From the NCBI GenBank assembly GCA_964453895.1, contig CAYVRZ010000022.1, positions 3,776 to 67,775 of the forward strand: a stretch of DNA of 64,000 nucleotides. Reading direction: 5' to 3'. This DNA is from an uncultured Pseudobdellovibrionaceae bacterium. Its GTDB lineage: Bacteria > Bdellovibrionota > Bdellovibrionia > Bdellovibrionales > UBA1609. Positions 46,536 through 56,844 of this stretch are shown here, in pieces (position 1 is the first letter of the stretch; every line of letters begins with the position of its first letter). A program made the translations under genes and the position numbers. The notes beneath the pieces are model-generated. The model searched no databases. It saw only the letters and a list, made by a program, of their open reading frames with translations, and had not been told where the DNA came from.

Positions 46536-47611
46536 GTGGACAGCGGGGGTTTTTGGTTCTTGAGAGCGGCGAAACCTTCGCCGGGGTCTGGCGCGGCAAA
46601 GATGGCATGGATCGCGCGGGCGAAGTTGTTTTTAACACCAGCCACAGCGGCTATGAAGAAATGGCCACCGATCCTTCGTACTTCAGACAAATTTTAGTTT
46701 TGACCGCGCCTCAACAAGGCAATTACGGCGAAAACGATAGTTTTTGGGAATCGGCCAAGATTTGGATCGAAGGTTATGTTTGCGTTGAGATGCAACAGTC
46801 GGAGCGAGAGAGCTCATGGTCGCAAAAGCTCACTCGGCACGGTGTTCCCATCCTGACCGACGTCGATACTCGAAAATTGGTTTTACATTTGCGCGACCGG
46901 GGAACCCAGTGGGGTGCCTTGGTTATGGCGGCCGACGTCGAGTCGGCCAAAGCAAAGGCCAGAGCGTTAATCACCGCGAAGAAGGCTTTAGACCGCGATT
47001 GGGTGCATGTCGTCTCTCGTCAAAAGGAAGAAACTCGTCCGGGCAAAAATCCGCGCGGGCCGAAAATCGCCGTTATGGATTATGGCTGCAAAGAAAATAC
47101 TCTGCGCGAGTTGGTTGCGCGCTCGAGTGAAGTGCGAATCTTCCCGTCGCGGACTACGGCAGATAAAATCCGCGCGTACAATCCCGACGGTATAATGCTG
47201 TCGAACGGCCCTGGCGATCCGCTCGATGTGGAAGTGGCCACAGAGACGGTAAAAGATTTGTTAGGGTGGCGTTTTATTTTCGGGATTTGCATGGGCCACC
47301 AAATTTTAGGCCGTGCCATGGGCGGCAAAACCTATAAGCTCAAATTCGGCCACCGCGGCTCGAATCACCCGATCAAGGATAGTTTGTTGAACCGAATTTA
47401 TATGACCAGTCAGAATCATGGATATGCCGTCGATCAGCAGTCGCTGCCCAAAAGCGTGCAGGTGACGCATGTGAATTTAAACGACAACACCGTGGCTGGC
47501 ATTTACGACCCGTCGAAGAAAGCCCTCAGTGTGCAATTTCATCCCGAGAGTCATCCTGGTCCGCATGATGCCGCCGGATTGTTCGATTTCTTCACGAGGC
47601 AGACACAATGA
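46532..47611 (+). CDS. carA: Carbamoyl-phosphate synthase small (glutaminase) subunit
   Basis: FGICMGHQ, VQFHPE and the N-terminal CPSase_sm block (FNTSHSGYEEMATDPSY). Confidence 0.95.
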   Translation: MSGQRGFLVLESGETFAGVWRGKDGMDRAGEVVFNTSHSGYEEMATDPSYFRQILVLTAPQQGNYGENDSFWESAKIWIEGYVCVEMQQSERESSWSQKLTRHGVPILTDVDTRKLVLHLRDRGTQWGALVMAADVESAKAKARALITAKKALDRDWVHVVSRQKEETRPGKNPRGPKIAVMDYGCKENTLRELVARSSEVRIFPSRTTADKIRAYNPDGIMLSNGPGDPLDVEVATETVKDLLGWRFIFGICMGHQILGRAMGGKTYKLKFGHRGSNHPIKDSLLNRIYMTSQNHGYAVDQQSLPKSVQVTHVNLNDNTVAGIYDPSKKALSVQFHPESHPGPHDAAGLFDFFTRQTQ

Positions 47612-48264
47612 ATTACGAACCGTATGTCGACAAGCTGATGCAGTACTACACGAGTGGTAAATTTCTGCCCGAAGTCAAATCGGCCAAGGATGACTTTTTT
47701 GAAAAGGCCGGCAACTTTGACGAGAACAGCATGGACTTCGAACTCAAAATGGCGCAGTTCACCGATTGGTACCTTTTCACCCGCAAGATGAGCGGCACCG
47801 GGCGCGTGAGCATTGAAATGGTGCTCGACGATCCCGGGTACAAGATTAACGATGACGAACGTACGGCCTATTTAAATCTGCGCAATTCGCGCCACAGCCT
47901 TTTTGAATTTTTAAAAGTGAAGGGCGAAGACGTGCATGTGCGGGATCTTTTCACCGGTTTTAAATATGTGATTCGCCAATCGCGGGTGACCGTGGGCTTT
48001 AACAAAGATGAGTTCTTTGAGGCTCGTCTCATCCCGCATGACGGTAGTTTCGTATTTTCCAATGCGTTTTGCTTTCATCCATCCGTGGTGGGAAAATTCG
48101 TTTTGAAAGAGATCAAACGGGTCAACAAGTTGCCCGAAGAAGATCAAGCCACCGCCCGTGAGGATTTAATTTCCCGACTCTTTAAAATGAAGCACAAACA
48201 CGAACAGTACCGTCACCTCGATATCCACAACATTTATTCGAATGAATCTAAGCTGAGGATATAA
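47608..48264 (+). CDS. Hypothetical protein inserted between carA and carB
   Basis: 218 aa. Its ATG overlaps the carA stop (ATGA), and its TAA is immediately followed by the carB GTG. I recognise no motif. Confidence 0.6.
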   Translation: MNYEPYVDKLMQYYTSGKFLPEVKSAKDDFFEKAGNFDENSMDFELKMAQFTDWYLFTRKMSGTGRVSIEMVLDDPGYKINDDERTAYLNLRNSRHSLFEFLKVKGEDVHVRDLFTGFKYVIRQSRVTVGFNKDEFFEARLIPHDGSFVFSNAFCFHPSVVGKFVLKEIKRVNKLPEEDQATAREDLISRLFKMKHKHEQYRHLDIHNIYSNESKLRI

Positions 48265-51200
48265 GTGCCACGCAAACAGAACTTAAAGAAAGTCGTCATC
48301 CTGGGTAGCGGGCCGATCGTTATCGGCCAGGCGTGCGAATTTGACTATTCTGGGACTCAGGCCTGTAAGGCCCTGATGAAAGAGGGGCTCGAGGTTATTT
48401 TAATCAACTCGAACCCGGCGACGATCATGACAGATGCCGAGATCGCCACCCGAGTTTACATCGAGCCGTTAAAGGTGGCTTACGTTGAGAAAATTCTCGA
48501 GCGTGAGCGTCCAGATGCAGTCATACCCACCCTTGGCGGGCAAACGGCCTTAAATTTGGCGCTCGACCTCGATAAGGCTGGAATTTTAAAGCGCCTGAAT
48601 ATCGAACTGCTTGGCGCCACACCCGACGTAATTCGCGCGGCCGAGGATCGCGAAAAGTTTCGCACCATTCTCGATACGGTCGGGGCCAAGTATCCCAAGA
48701 GCCATATGGTGCGCACATTCGAGCAGGGCATGGAAGTCGCCGAACAAATCGGCTTCCCGCTCATCCTCCGACCCAACTACACGCTGGGCGGCGGTGGCGG
48801 CGGTGTGGCCTACTCTATGGAAGAATATAAAACGAAAATCGCGCAGGGCTTGCATGAGAGCCCGACCTCGGAAGTTTTGGTTGAAGAGAGCATTCTGGGC
48901 TGGAAAGAGTTTGAACTCGAGGTTATGCGCGATAAGGCCGGCACCTTTGTGGTGATTTGCTCCATCGAGAATTTTGATCCCTGCGGCGTTCACACCGGCG
49001 ACAGCATCACCGTTGCGCCTCAGCAAACGCTGTCGGATGTCGAGTATCAAGCCATGCGCGACGAAGCCCGCAAAATTATTGAAGCCGTCGGGGTGCAAAC
49101 CGGTGGCGCCAACATTCAGTTTGCGACTCATCCCGTAACGGGCGAGCGTGTGGTGATCGAGATGAATCCCCGGGTCTCGCGCTCAAGCGCCTTGGCCAGC
49201 AAGGCCACAGGCTTTCCTATTGCCAAGATCGCGGCCTTACTCGCGGTAGGTTATGAACTTGAAGAATTGCGCAACGACATCACGGGAACGACGCCGTGCT
49301 GTTATGAGCCGGCGCTCGACTATGTGGTAACCAAAATCCCACGCTTTGCGTTCGAAAAATTTCCCGGCACCAAAGACCAACTGACCACGCAAATGCGTTC
49401 GGTCGGCGAAGTGATGGGCATTGGCCGCACGTTCAAAGAGTCTCTGAACAAAGCCCTGGTGTCGCTCGAGAAAAACGAGATCGGCGCGCTCCCCCTTGTG
49501 TTCGACGACTCACTTCTCGCCTTTCCCAACAGCAAACGGATTTATCACGTCTTTCAGGCTTTCCGCGATGGGATGTCGGTGAAGGACGTAGAGTCCAAGA
49601 CCCAAATTCATCCGTGGTTTTTAGAGCAGGTCGAAGATCTGGTTAAATTTGAACTCTCACTCTCGCAATGGCCGCTCACCGATGAAACGCTTCGCGCCGC
49701 TAAAAAGCGCGGATTTTCTGATGCGGCGATTGCGCTCGCTATTTCTACAAACGGCAAAACGAAGGTGACGGCCGACGACGTTCGCAATCAGCGTTGGCAA
49801 AAAAATATTCTCCCGGCCTATCTTCGGGTCGACACCTGCGCGGGAGAGTTCAAGTCCGAGACGCCTTATTTTTACTCGACCTACCATAGCGCGCAAGAAA
49901 AGCAGAATTTTGGCAAACCGATGATCGCATTGCTTGGTAGCGGTCCTAATCGAATCGGTCAGGGCGTGGAGTTTGATTACAGCTGCGTGCGCAGCGTGCG
50001 GGAGTTTCAGCGCAACGGCTACAAAGTGGCCATGATCAACTCGAATCCCGAAACGGTATCGACCGATTACGACACCTCGGATGCTTTATTTTTTGAACCG
50101 CTTGTTTTTGAAAACGTTCTCGAGATTTTACGCTTTATTGAGCCCAATGGGTTCGTAGCTCAGTTGGGCGGGCAGACGCCAATCAATTTTGCTCACCGCT
50201 TAGTGAAGGCGGGCCAAAATTTGATCGGCTCCACGCTCGAAAGCATCGATCTTGCCGAGGACCGCGCCCAGTTTGTTCGAATTTGCACAGAGCTGAACTT
50301 TAAGATTCCGCGCAGCGGGATGGCCGCCAGTCTTGAGCAGGCCGAGAAAATCGCCGCCGATATTGGCTTTCCGATCATTTGCCGACCCAGCTATGTGCTG
50401 GGCGGGCGGAGGATGGAGATCGTCGAGTCGGAAGATGAATTGAAGGCGTATTTTGAACGCCATGGCGCCGTTATCTCCGCAGAGGCCCCTTGCTTAATGG
50501 ATCAATTTTTAGATCAGGCCCTCGAAGTGGATGTGGATATTGTGCGCGGTCCCGACTGGTCCGTGATCGGTGGCGTGATTGAACACATTGAGGCCGCGGG
50601 CGTTCATAGCGGCGACAGCATGGGTGTGGTGCCGCCGCAGAGATTGAAAGATGAAACTTGCGCGCACATCGAAGACTTAAGCCGCCGCTTGGCCGATCGA
50701 TTGAATGTGAAGGGTTTTTTAAACCTCCAGCTCGCGGTTAAAAACGACGAAGTGTATATGATCGAAGCCAATCCGCGCAGCTCCCGCAGCGTGCCCTTTA
50801 TCGCGAAGGCGACCGGAATCCCACTCGTGGATCTGGGTGTGAAGGGCATTCTCGGTCTTAAAAAAGACCAGGTGAACCCGCAAAAATACGACTGGCACAA
50901 AACCAAATCGGTGAGTGTGAAGGGCGTCGTCTTTCCGTTTAAAAAGTTTCCCGATTCCGACTCGATTCTTGGCCCTGAGATGAAGTCCACGGGCGAAACC
51001 ATGGGGCGCGGCGCAGATTATCCAGAAGCTCTTCTCAAAGCGGTGATCGCTTGTGATTTGCAGTTGCCGAGTGAGGGCGAGGTTTTTCTCTCCCTTCGCG
51101 AAAAAGACAAAGATGATTTGTTGCCTCTGATCCGAGAGCTCGATGGAATGGGTTACCGCTTGTCGGCCACGCATGGAACTGCGGGCTTTCTAAAAACCCA

Positions 51201-51453
51201 AGGCATTGACTGCGAACCGATTAAAAAGGTTCACGAAGGCCGGCCACATTGCGTGGACCGCATCCGCTCCGGCCAAGTTGCGTTTGTGATCAATACGACC
51301 TCTGGCCGGCGTTCCATCGAGGCGTCTTTTGGGATTCGGCGCAGTTGTGTGGATTATTCGATCCCCTGCATCACAGAGAGTGACGCCGCTAAAGCTTTCG
51401 TCATAGCATTGAAGAAACGACTTCAAGGCGACTTTAGCGTTAGCTCACTATGA
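48265..51453 (+). CDS. carB: Carbamoyl-phosphate synthase large subunit
   Basis: 1062 aa with duplicated ATP-grasp halves ([18 protein letters not shown]; [16 protein letters not shown]) and a C-terminal MGS-like domain. Confidence 0.95.
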   Translation: MPRKQNLKKVVILGSGPIVIGQACEFDYSGTQACKALMKEGLEVILINSNPATIMTDAEIATRVYIEPLKVAYVEKILERERPDAVIPTLGGQTALNLALDLDKAGILKRLNIELLGATPDVIRAAEDREKFRTILDTVGAKYPKSHMVRTFEQGMEVAEQIGFPLILRPNYTLGGGGGGVAYSMEEYKTKIAQGLHESPTSEVLVEESILGWKEFELEVMRDKAGTFVVICSIENFDPCGVHTGDSITVAPQQTLSDVEYQAMRDEARKIIEAVGVQTGGANIQFATHPVTGERVVIEMNPRVSRSSALASKATGFPIAKIAALLAVGYELEELRNDITGTTPCCYEPALDYVVTKIPRFAFEKFPGTKDQLTTQMRSVGEVMGIGRTFKESLNKALVSLEKNEIGALPLVFDDSLLAFPNSKRIYHVFQAFRDGMSVKDVESKTQIHPWFLEQVEDLVKFELSLSQWPLTDETLRAAKKRGFSDAAIALAISTNGKTKVTADDVRNQRWQKNILPAYLRVDTCAGEFKSETPYFYSTYHSAQEKQNFGKPMIALLGSGPNRIGQGVEFDYSCVRSVREFQRNGYKVAMINSNPETVSTDYDTSDALFFEPLVFENVLEILRFIEPNGFVAQLGGQTPINFAHRLVKAGQNLIGSTLESIDLAEDRAQFVRICTELNFKIPRSGMAASLEQAEKIAADIGFPIICRPSYVLGGRRMEIVESEDELKAYFERHGAVISAEAPCLMDQFLDQALEVDVDIVRGPDWSVIGGVIEHIEAAGVHSGDSMGVVPPQRLKDETCAHIEDLSRRLADRLNVKGFLNLQLAVKNDEVYMIEANPRSSRSVPFIAKATGIPLVDLGVKGILGLKKDQVNPQKYDWHKTKSVSVKGVVFPFKKFPDSDSILGPEMKSTGETMGRGADYPEALLKAVIACDLQLPSEGEVFLSLREKDKDDLLPLIRELDGMGYRLSATHGTAGFLKTQGIDCEPIKKVHEGRPHCVDRIRSGQVAFVINTTSGRRSIEASFGIRRSCVDYSIPCITESDAAKAFVIALKKRLQGDFSVSSL

Positions 51454-52331
51454 CGAATGTTTTGACCGTTAAAGATCTTAAGAAATCCTATAAACGGGGA
51501 TTTATCCCGCGTTCCACATTGGTTTTGAAAGGCCTTAATTTCTCCGTGCCGAGCGGTTCCATCACCGGCTTTCTCGGTGGCAACGGCGCGGGCAAAACCA
51601 CCACGATGCGTTGTCTGCTTGGGCTCGACTTTCCCGATTCGGGCGAAGTGCAGTTTTTCGGTGGTCCGTTGAATGAGGCCAGTAAGCGCAAGCTCGGTTT
51701 TTTGCCTGAGCGACCCTATTTTTACGAACATTTGACCGGCCGTGAATTTTTGCAATTTTACGCCCGCCTCTCGAGCAAATGGAACAACAAGGTTCTCAAC
51801 AGCCGCATCGACGACCTGCTCACCCGGGTGGATTTGCTGTTCGCCAAAGATCGTCCGCTGCGCAACTACTCTAAAGGAATGTTGCAAAAAATCGGATTGG
51901 CGCAAGCGCTGATTCATGATCCGGAGTTCGTCATACTCGATGAGCCTATGTCCGGACTCGATCCCGACGGCCGCCTGGCGCTTTCGGAGATTATCACTGA
52001 AACGGCCAAGCGCGGCCCGGCCGTATTTTTCTCCAGCCATTTGCTGCATGATATGGAAGTGCTGTGCCAGCGCCTCGTGGTGCTAAAAGATGGCGTGTGC
52101 ATTTATGAAGGCACCACCGAGGCGTTGCTCGATCGCAGCGGCGTTGAATACGAAATTTCGTTTTTAAACGGGGGCCAAAGAGAGCTGCGTAAAATCCCGA
52201 CGCAAGATGAAGTGCAGCCCGCCCTAAAACAGTTGCTCGGCCAGGGCGCCGTCATTCAAGAGGTTCGCCGCATTCGCTCCACCTTAGAGGAAATCTTCGT
52301 AAAGATGGCCCTGAAAGGCAGCCGAAAATGA
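51450..52331 (+). CDS. ABC transporter ATP-binding protein (PilH-like context)
   Basis: Walker [10 protein letters not shown], signature [15 protein letters not shown] and Walker B ILDEP. The ATG overlaps the carB stop. Confidence 0.9.
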   Translation: MTNVLTVKDLKKSYKRGFIPRSTLVLKGLNFSVPSGSITGFLGGNGAGKTTTMRCLLGLDFPDSGEVQFFGGPLNEASKRKLGFLPERPYFYEHLTGREFLQFYARLSSKWNNKVLNSRIDDLLTRVDLLFAKDRPLRNYSKGMLQKIGLAQALIHDPEFVILDEPMSGLDPDGRLALSEIITETAKRGPAVFFSSHLLHDMEVLCQRLVVLKDGVCIYEGTTEALLDRSGVEYEISFLNGGQRELRKIPTQDEVQPALKQLLGQGAVIQEVRRIRSTLEEIFVKMALKGSRK

Positions 52332-53095
52332 GAGCGATTTGGATTTTAGCGCTCAACACGTACAGAGAAGTGATCCGCGACCGCATTCTCTACGGACTCA
52401 TTATGTTCGCGATCATGCTGATCGGCATGAGTCTGGCTCTCGGACAACTCAGCTTCGCCGAGCAGTCGCGAATTTCTGCCAACTTTGGCCTTACGGCCAT
52501 TCATTTGACGGCGGTGGCGCTGGCCATTTTTGTAGGCAGTAATTTAGTTTATAAAGAGATCGACAAAAAAACCATCATGACTATTTTGGTGCGCCCGATT
52601 TCGCGGCTGCAGTTTATTCTGGGCAAGGGCATGGGATTGTCGCTTTTGATTTTGACGATGATGGCCGGCTTGGCGCTCGTGTTGGTGGGAATTTTCGCGC
52701 TTCTCGAAATGCCAATTGATTCGCGTCTCTTGTGGGTGTTGTTGGGGCTGTTGTCTGAGTCTCTGGTCCTGCTCGGAGTGACTTTGGTGTTTTCGATGTT
52801 TGCGCGGCCGATTTTGGTGGTGTGCTTAAGTATCGGAATTTTTTTGATTGGTCATTGGCAGACCAGCCTCGAATTTTTTGCGCGCAAGCGGCCCGATAGT
52901 GCCACCGCCATGGTGCACTGGCTCTGTAGCAACTTTTTGCCCAATCTCGAGAAGGTGAATTGGAAAGATCTGGTTCTCTACAATCAGCCGGTCGACGTTA
53001 TGGCAAATTTGCAGGCCGTGGGCTATTGCGTGGCCTGGTATGGCCTCTGCGTCTGCCTCGCCACATGGATGTTCAGGAGAAAAGATGTTGGCTGA
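52328..53095 (+). CDS. ABC-2-type permease
   Basis: 255 aa with about 6 TM segments. It overlaps the upstream ATPase stop by 4 nt. Confidence 0.7.
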   Translation: MRAIWILALNTYREVIRDRILYGLIMFAIMLIGMSLALGQLSFAEQSRISANFGLTAIHLTAVALAIFVGSNLVYKEIDKKTIMTILVRPISRLQFILGKGMGLSLLILTMMAGLALVLVGIFALLEMPIDSRLLWVLLGLLSESLVLLGVTLVFSMFARPILVVCLSIGIFLIGHWQTSLEFFARKRPDSATAMVHWLCSNFLPNLEKVNWKDLVLYNQPVDVMANLQAVGYCVAWYGLCVCLATWMFRRKDVG

Positions 53096-53888
53096 TCACG
53101 GTACCATTATGGCCGTGTTCGCATTTATCCTCGGCGCCCTGTGGGGAAGTTTCGGCAATGTCGTAATTCTACGGCAGCCGAAGGGTGAGAGCGTAGTCAA
53201 ACCGCGCAGCCGCTGCCCGCAGTGTTCTCAAGGCATAAAATGGTATGACAATGTTCCCATCTTTGCTTGGTTTTGGCTGCGCGGAAAATGTCGCGCCTGT
53301 GGCAATAAAATTTCATTCCGCTATCCGCTGGTGGAGCTCATCACCGCAAGTTTATTTCTCGCCGTTTATTTAAAGTACGGCATGAGCTGGTACACTCTCG
53401 AGCTCTTATTTTTTGTATGGGGCTTGGTGGTCTGTTCGTTTATCGATCTCGATCATATGATATTGCCCGATGTATTTACATTGAGTGGGATCGTCTTGGG
53501 TCTGGTCGGGGCTGCGCTCAATCCCGAGCGCGATTTTCTCGGTGCTTTTGCCGGCGTGATTATGGGTGGCGGATTTCTTTGGGCGATCGCTTATTTGTAC
53601 TATGTCTTGCGCAAAGAAGAGGGCATGGGTGGTGGCGACATTAAACTGCTCGGGTGGATCGGAGCTGTCCTAGGCTGGACTTCCATCCCGTTTGTCATCA
53701 TGGTTTCAAGCATCATCGGTAGTATTGTGGGCCTGATTTACGCTTATCGATCCAAGACTGGCCTTAAGTCAGTCATTCCGTTCGGCCCTTATTTGGCCTT
53801 GGCGGCGATCTTGTACCTTCTGGGCGGCGAAGAGCTCGGCCGATGGTACATTGGTCTGTTTCTTCTCGACTCCAGCCCGGTCAATTGA
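53085..53888 (+). CDS. pilD: Prepilin peptidase / N-methyltransferase (A24 family)
   Basis: Cys cluster CPQCSQGIKWYDNVPIFAWFWLRGKCRACG. Catalytic Asp regions SFIDLDHMILPD and GGGDIKLLG. ATG 53085 follows AGGAGA. Confidence 0.9.
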   Translation: MLADHGTIMAVFAFILGALWGSFGNVVILRQPKGESVVKPRSRCPQCSQGIKWYDNVPIFAWFWLRGKCRACGNKISFRYPLVELITASLFLAVYLKYGMSWYTLELLFFVWGLVVCSFIDLDHMILPDVFTLSGIVLGLVGAALNPERDFLGAFAGVIMGGGFLWAIAYLYYVLRKEEGMGGGDIKLLGWIGAVLGWTSIPFVIMVSSIIGSIVGLIYAYRSKTGLKSVIPFGPYLALAAILYLLGGEELGRWYIGLFLLDSSPVN

Positions 53889-53957
53889 CAAGATTTTGGC
53901 GGTCCGATTTAATTTTCAGTGGGGATACTAGGGTCTTACCGCACTGAGGCAAACACG

Positions 53958-55013
53958 ATGTTTTTCCAGTCCAAAAAATTGATCGGACTCGACATTGGAA
54001 CAGCCAATATCAAAATGGCCGAGCTCGAAGTGAGCCGTAAGGGTTCGGTACTGAATAATTTTGTTATCATGCCGACTCCCAGTCGCGCGATCAACGGCGG
54101 CGAAATTTCTGATCCCGCCGCGCTCAGTGATACGCTCAAGGCGATGATCTCCACTTTGAAAACAAAACGCAAAATGGTTTCAGTGGCGCTGTGGGGAACT
54201 TCGGTCATCACCAAGCGGATCGCAATTCCGCTGATGGACGAAAAATTGGTCGCCGGGCAAATTCGTTGGGAAGCCGAACAGTACATCCCGTTCGACATTA
54301 ACGAAGTCAATATCGACTACAAAATTCTCAAACAATTTCAAACCAGCCCCGAGACCATGGACATTCTCCTCGTGGCCGCGCGCCAGGACATCGCCTATCT
54401 ATATCAGGACATCGTGCAAAGTGCGGGGCTCGAGTGCGCGGTGATCGACGTCAGTGGCTTCGCCCTCGCGAACTGTTACTTAAACAATTGGGGTTCACAA
54501 AAAGGCCAAACGGTCGCGCTGCTCAATCTGGGCGCGGCGATTTCGAATTTTATAGTGATCGAGAATGGCGAAGTGATTTTTTGCCGCGATATTCCCGCGG
54601 GCGGCCTGACCTACACGACAGAAATTCACAAGAGCATGGGCATGAGTATGGAAGAGGCCGAGGCGATGAAGATCTCGGCGTGCACGGGCCGCGCAGCGCC
54701 CGAAGATGTCACACGAATTATTTCGCAAACCCATGAGATGATGGCCGAAGAAGTGCAGAGCAGTTTGGACTTTTTTGTAAACACCACGCCCGGTCTTCCG
54801 GTGCAACAATGCTTTGTGACTGGCGGGGCTTCGCGCACGTTGGGGCTTATTCCATACATAAGCAAACACACGAAATTGGCGTGCGAGGGTCTAGATCCTT
54901 TTCGCAATGTTAAAGTCAGCGATAAGCTGATGAGCTCTGACTTCGCGTCTGAGATCCGCGACTTCGCGGCAATCGCTGTCGGGCTTGGGCTGCGCGCCCC
55001 TGGAGATGGCTAA
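53958..55013 (+). CDS. pilM: Type IV pilus assembly ATPase-fold protein PilM
   Basis: Actin-like LIGLDIGTANIKMAEL. Its position precedes pilNOPQ. Confidence 0.9.
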   Translation: MFFQSKKLIGLDIGTANIKMAELEVSRKGSVLNNFVIMPTPSRAINGGEISDPAALSDTLKAMISTLKTKRKMVSVALWGTSVITKRIAIPLMDEKLVAGQIRWEAEQYIPFDINEVNIDYKILKQFQTSPETMDILLVAARQDIAYLYQDIVQSAGLECAVIDVSGFALANCYLNNWGSQKGQTVALLNLGAAISNFIVIENGEVIFCRDIPAGGLTYTTEIHKSMGMSMEEAEAMKISACTGRAAPEDVTRIISQTHEMMAEEVQSSLDFFVNTTPGLPVQQCFVTGGASRTLGLIPYISKHTKLACEGLDPFRNVKVSDKLMSSDFASEIRDFAAIAVGLGLRAPGDG

Positions 55014-55016
55014 AGC

Positions 55017-55628
55017 ATGATTCGCGTAAATCTACTCAAAAACCGAGTCAACGATCAGCCGACGCAGATGAGCGCGACGCCCAGCGCGGGCGGGGATACA
55101 CGGGATACGATCGTAAAGATCGCTTTTTTGATGCTGGCGACCGTCGGCTTGATGATTTACGAAGGCCAAAATATCCGCAAACTGAATGATGAAGCCGCCC
55201 GAATGCAGGCCCAGATCAGTGAGTACGAAGCTCAGGCTGCGGCCAAGGCGCAAGAGGCCGAAGGCGTGAAGGACGTAGAGAATCAAGCCCGTGAACTCGA
55301 GGACAAGCTGAAGATTTTAAAGTTGCTGTCCAAGCTCCGCTTGCGTGAAGTGAAGACCTTAGATTTTATGCAAAGCTCGATTCCTGAAAAAGTTTGGCTG
55401 AAAAATATTAGCTTTGAGGCGGATCCGGCGAATGTGGAAGACGGGCGCTTTCAATTTGTCGGAAACGCGGTCGCGACCGAGGACCTTTCTGAATTTGTCA
55501 AACGGCTCGAAGAGAGCGCCTACCTGTCGGAAGTGATCGTAATCAAGAACCAAGAAGTCCCGGTCTCGGGCCGCAGCGCCAGTGTTCGGGAGTTTATGTT
55601 TACGGCCGACGTGGAGAATAAAAAATGA
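55017..55628 (+). CDS. pilN: Type IV pilus assembly protein PilN
   Basis: N-terminal MIRVNLL motif, one TM and a coiled coil. Confidence 0.8.
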   Translation: MIRVNLLKNRVNDQPTQMSATPSAGGDTRDTIVKIAFLMLATVGLMIYEGQNIRKLNDEAARMQAQISEYEAQAAAKAQEAEGVKDVENQARELEDKLKILKLLSKLRLREVKTLDFMQSSIPEKVWLKNISFEADPANVEDGRFQFVGNAVATEDLSEFVKRLEESAYLSEVIVIKNQEVPVSGRSASVREFMFTADVENKK

Positions 55629-56227
55629 TTACAGATATCATGAATCGCATAACGGTTGTGCGCGCCATGATTCTGGGATTTGTGTTCGCATCCTTTTATT
55701 ATTTTATGGTGTTTGATTCCGGCCTAGTTCAGCAGGGGCAGATCGCGGCCAATCTGCAAAAGATGGAAGATTTAAAACTCCAGATCACCGAGAATCAGAA
55801 AAAACTCGATCGCGCCGCGGTCTATAAGAAGACCGCCTCGGAGATCGGCAGCACCATCAATAAGCTGCTCAGCCTTGTGCCCGAGAAGTTCGGCATGTCG
55901 GACTTGATGCGGATTGTGAGTAATGAGGCCAAGGTCGCGGGATTGTCGCTCACCGGAGTTTCTCCCACCACCACTAAAGTTTCGGGTGTGGCACAGGAGT
56001 TCGAAGAATTGACGGTCACCGTGGACATGGGCGGGAGTTTTCTGCAGCATATGGTTTTTCTGTCCAATCTGACCAAGATCAATCAGATTTTGATCACAAA
56101 GAAAATTGAGTTCACTCACCAAAAAGACGGCCGCGGCGATGAACCGCCGACCGTGGGTATGAAGGCCGAGATTATCGCCTTCCGCTACCGCGGATCGGGT
56201 AAACCGGCGCAAGGCAAGGGCCCATGA
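55625..56227 (+). CDS. pilO: Type IV pilus assembly protein PilO
   Basis: One TM, a coiled coil and a ferredoxin-like C-terminus. Gene order and 4-nt overlaps also support the call. Confidence 0.7.
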   Translation: MITDIMNRITVVRAMILGFVFASFYYFMVFDSGLVQQGQIAANLQKMEDLKLQITENQKKLDRAAVYKKTASEIGSTINKLLSLVPEKFGMSDLMRIVSNEAKVAGLSLTGVSPTTTKVSGVAQEFEELTVTVDMGGSFLQHMVFLSNLTKINQILITKKIEFTHQKDGRGDEPPTVGMKAEIIAFRYRGSGKPAQGKGP

Positions 56228-56787
56228 AGCGGGATGACGTTTACCAGCTCGTGGCCTATGTCGCGGTCTCGGTGTTGAGTGTGGGCGCGGCCTTCTTGAT
56301 TTCGCTAAAGTTTTTTACACCGGCGCAAGCGCAAGACGCGGCGGCACCGCCACCGCCCGGGGCTCCGCCTGCGGCTGAAGTCCCGACGCAACCTATGACC
56401 ACGGCGCAAGCCAGTTCCGGTATTTCGGAGCTTGAAGGATTTCTCGAGCCTTTTATTTACGATATCGTCAATCGCCGCGACCCGTTTCAAGCCTATGCCG
56501 AATATGTTCCTGTCGAAGACTCCGGTCCCTCGCGGCCGATTTCGCCCGCGCAGCGCTTTGAACTGGAGCAGCTGCAGTTGATCGGAATCATGTGGGACAT
56601 CAAAGATCCCAAGGCCATGTTTGTAGACCCCGAAAAAGAAGTGCTCGTCCTCGGACGCGACGAAAGTATTGGTAACCGCAACGGATATATCGCCGCGATT
56701 CGCGAGGGCGAAGTGGTTGTTGTCGAGGCTGTTCGCAAGCGGGGAGATATTATTTACCGCACTAGAGTCCTGCGTATGGAGCGCTAG
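56224..56787 (+). CDS. pilP: Type IV pilus assembly protein PilP
   Basis: A Pro/Ala-rich linker, the RDPF motif, and LQLIGIMWD...AMFVDPEKEVLVLGRDESIGNRNGYIAAIREGEVVV. Confidence 0.6.
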   Translation: MKRDDVYQLVAYVAVSVLSVGAAFLISLKFFTPAQAQDAAAPPPPGAPPAAEVPTQPMTTAQASSGISELEGFLEPFIYDIVNRRDPFQAYAEYVPVEDSGPSRPISPAQRFELEQLQLIGIMWDIKDPKAMFVDPEKEVLVLGRDESIGNRNGYIAAIREGEVVVVEAVRKRGDIIYRTRVLRMER

Positions 56788-56844
56788 ACTTGCCGGACGA
56801 ATCGTAAGTCGGGTCTAATAGAAGATAATATAGGGGTATCAAGG

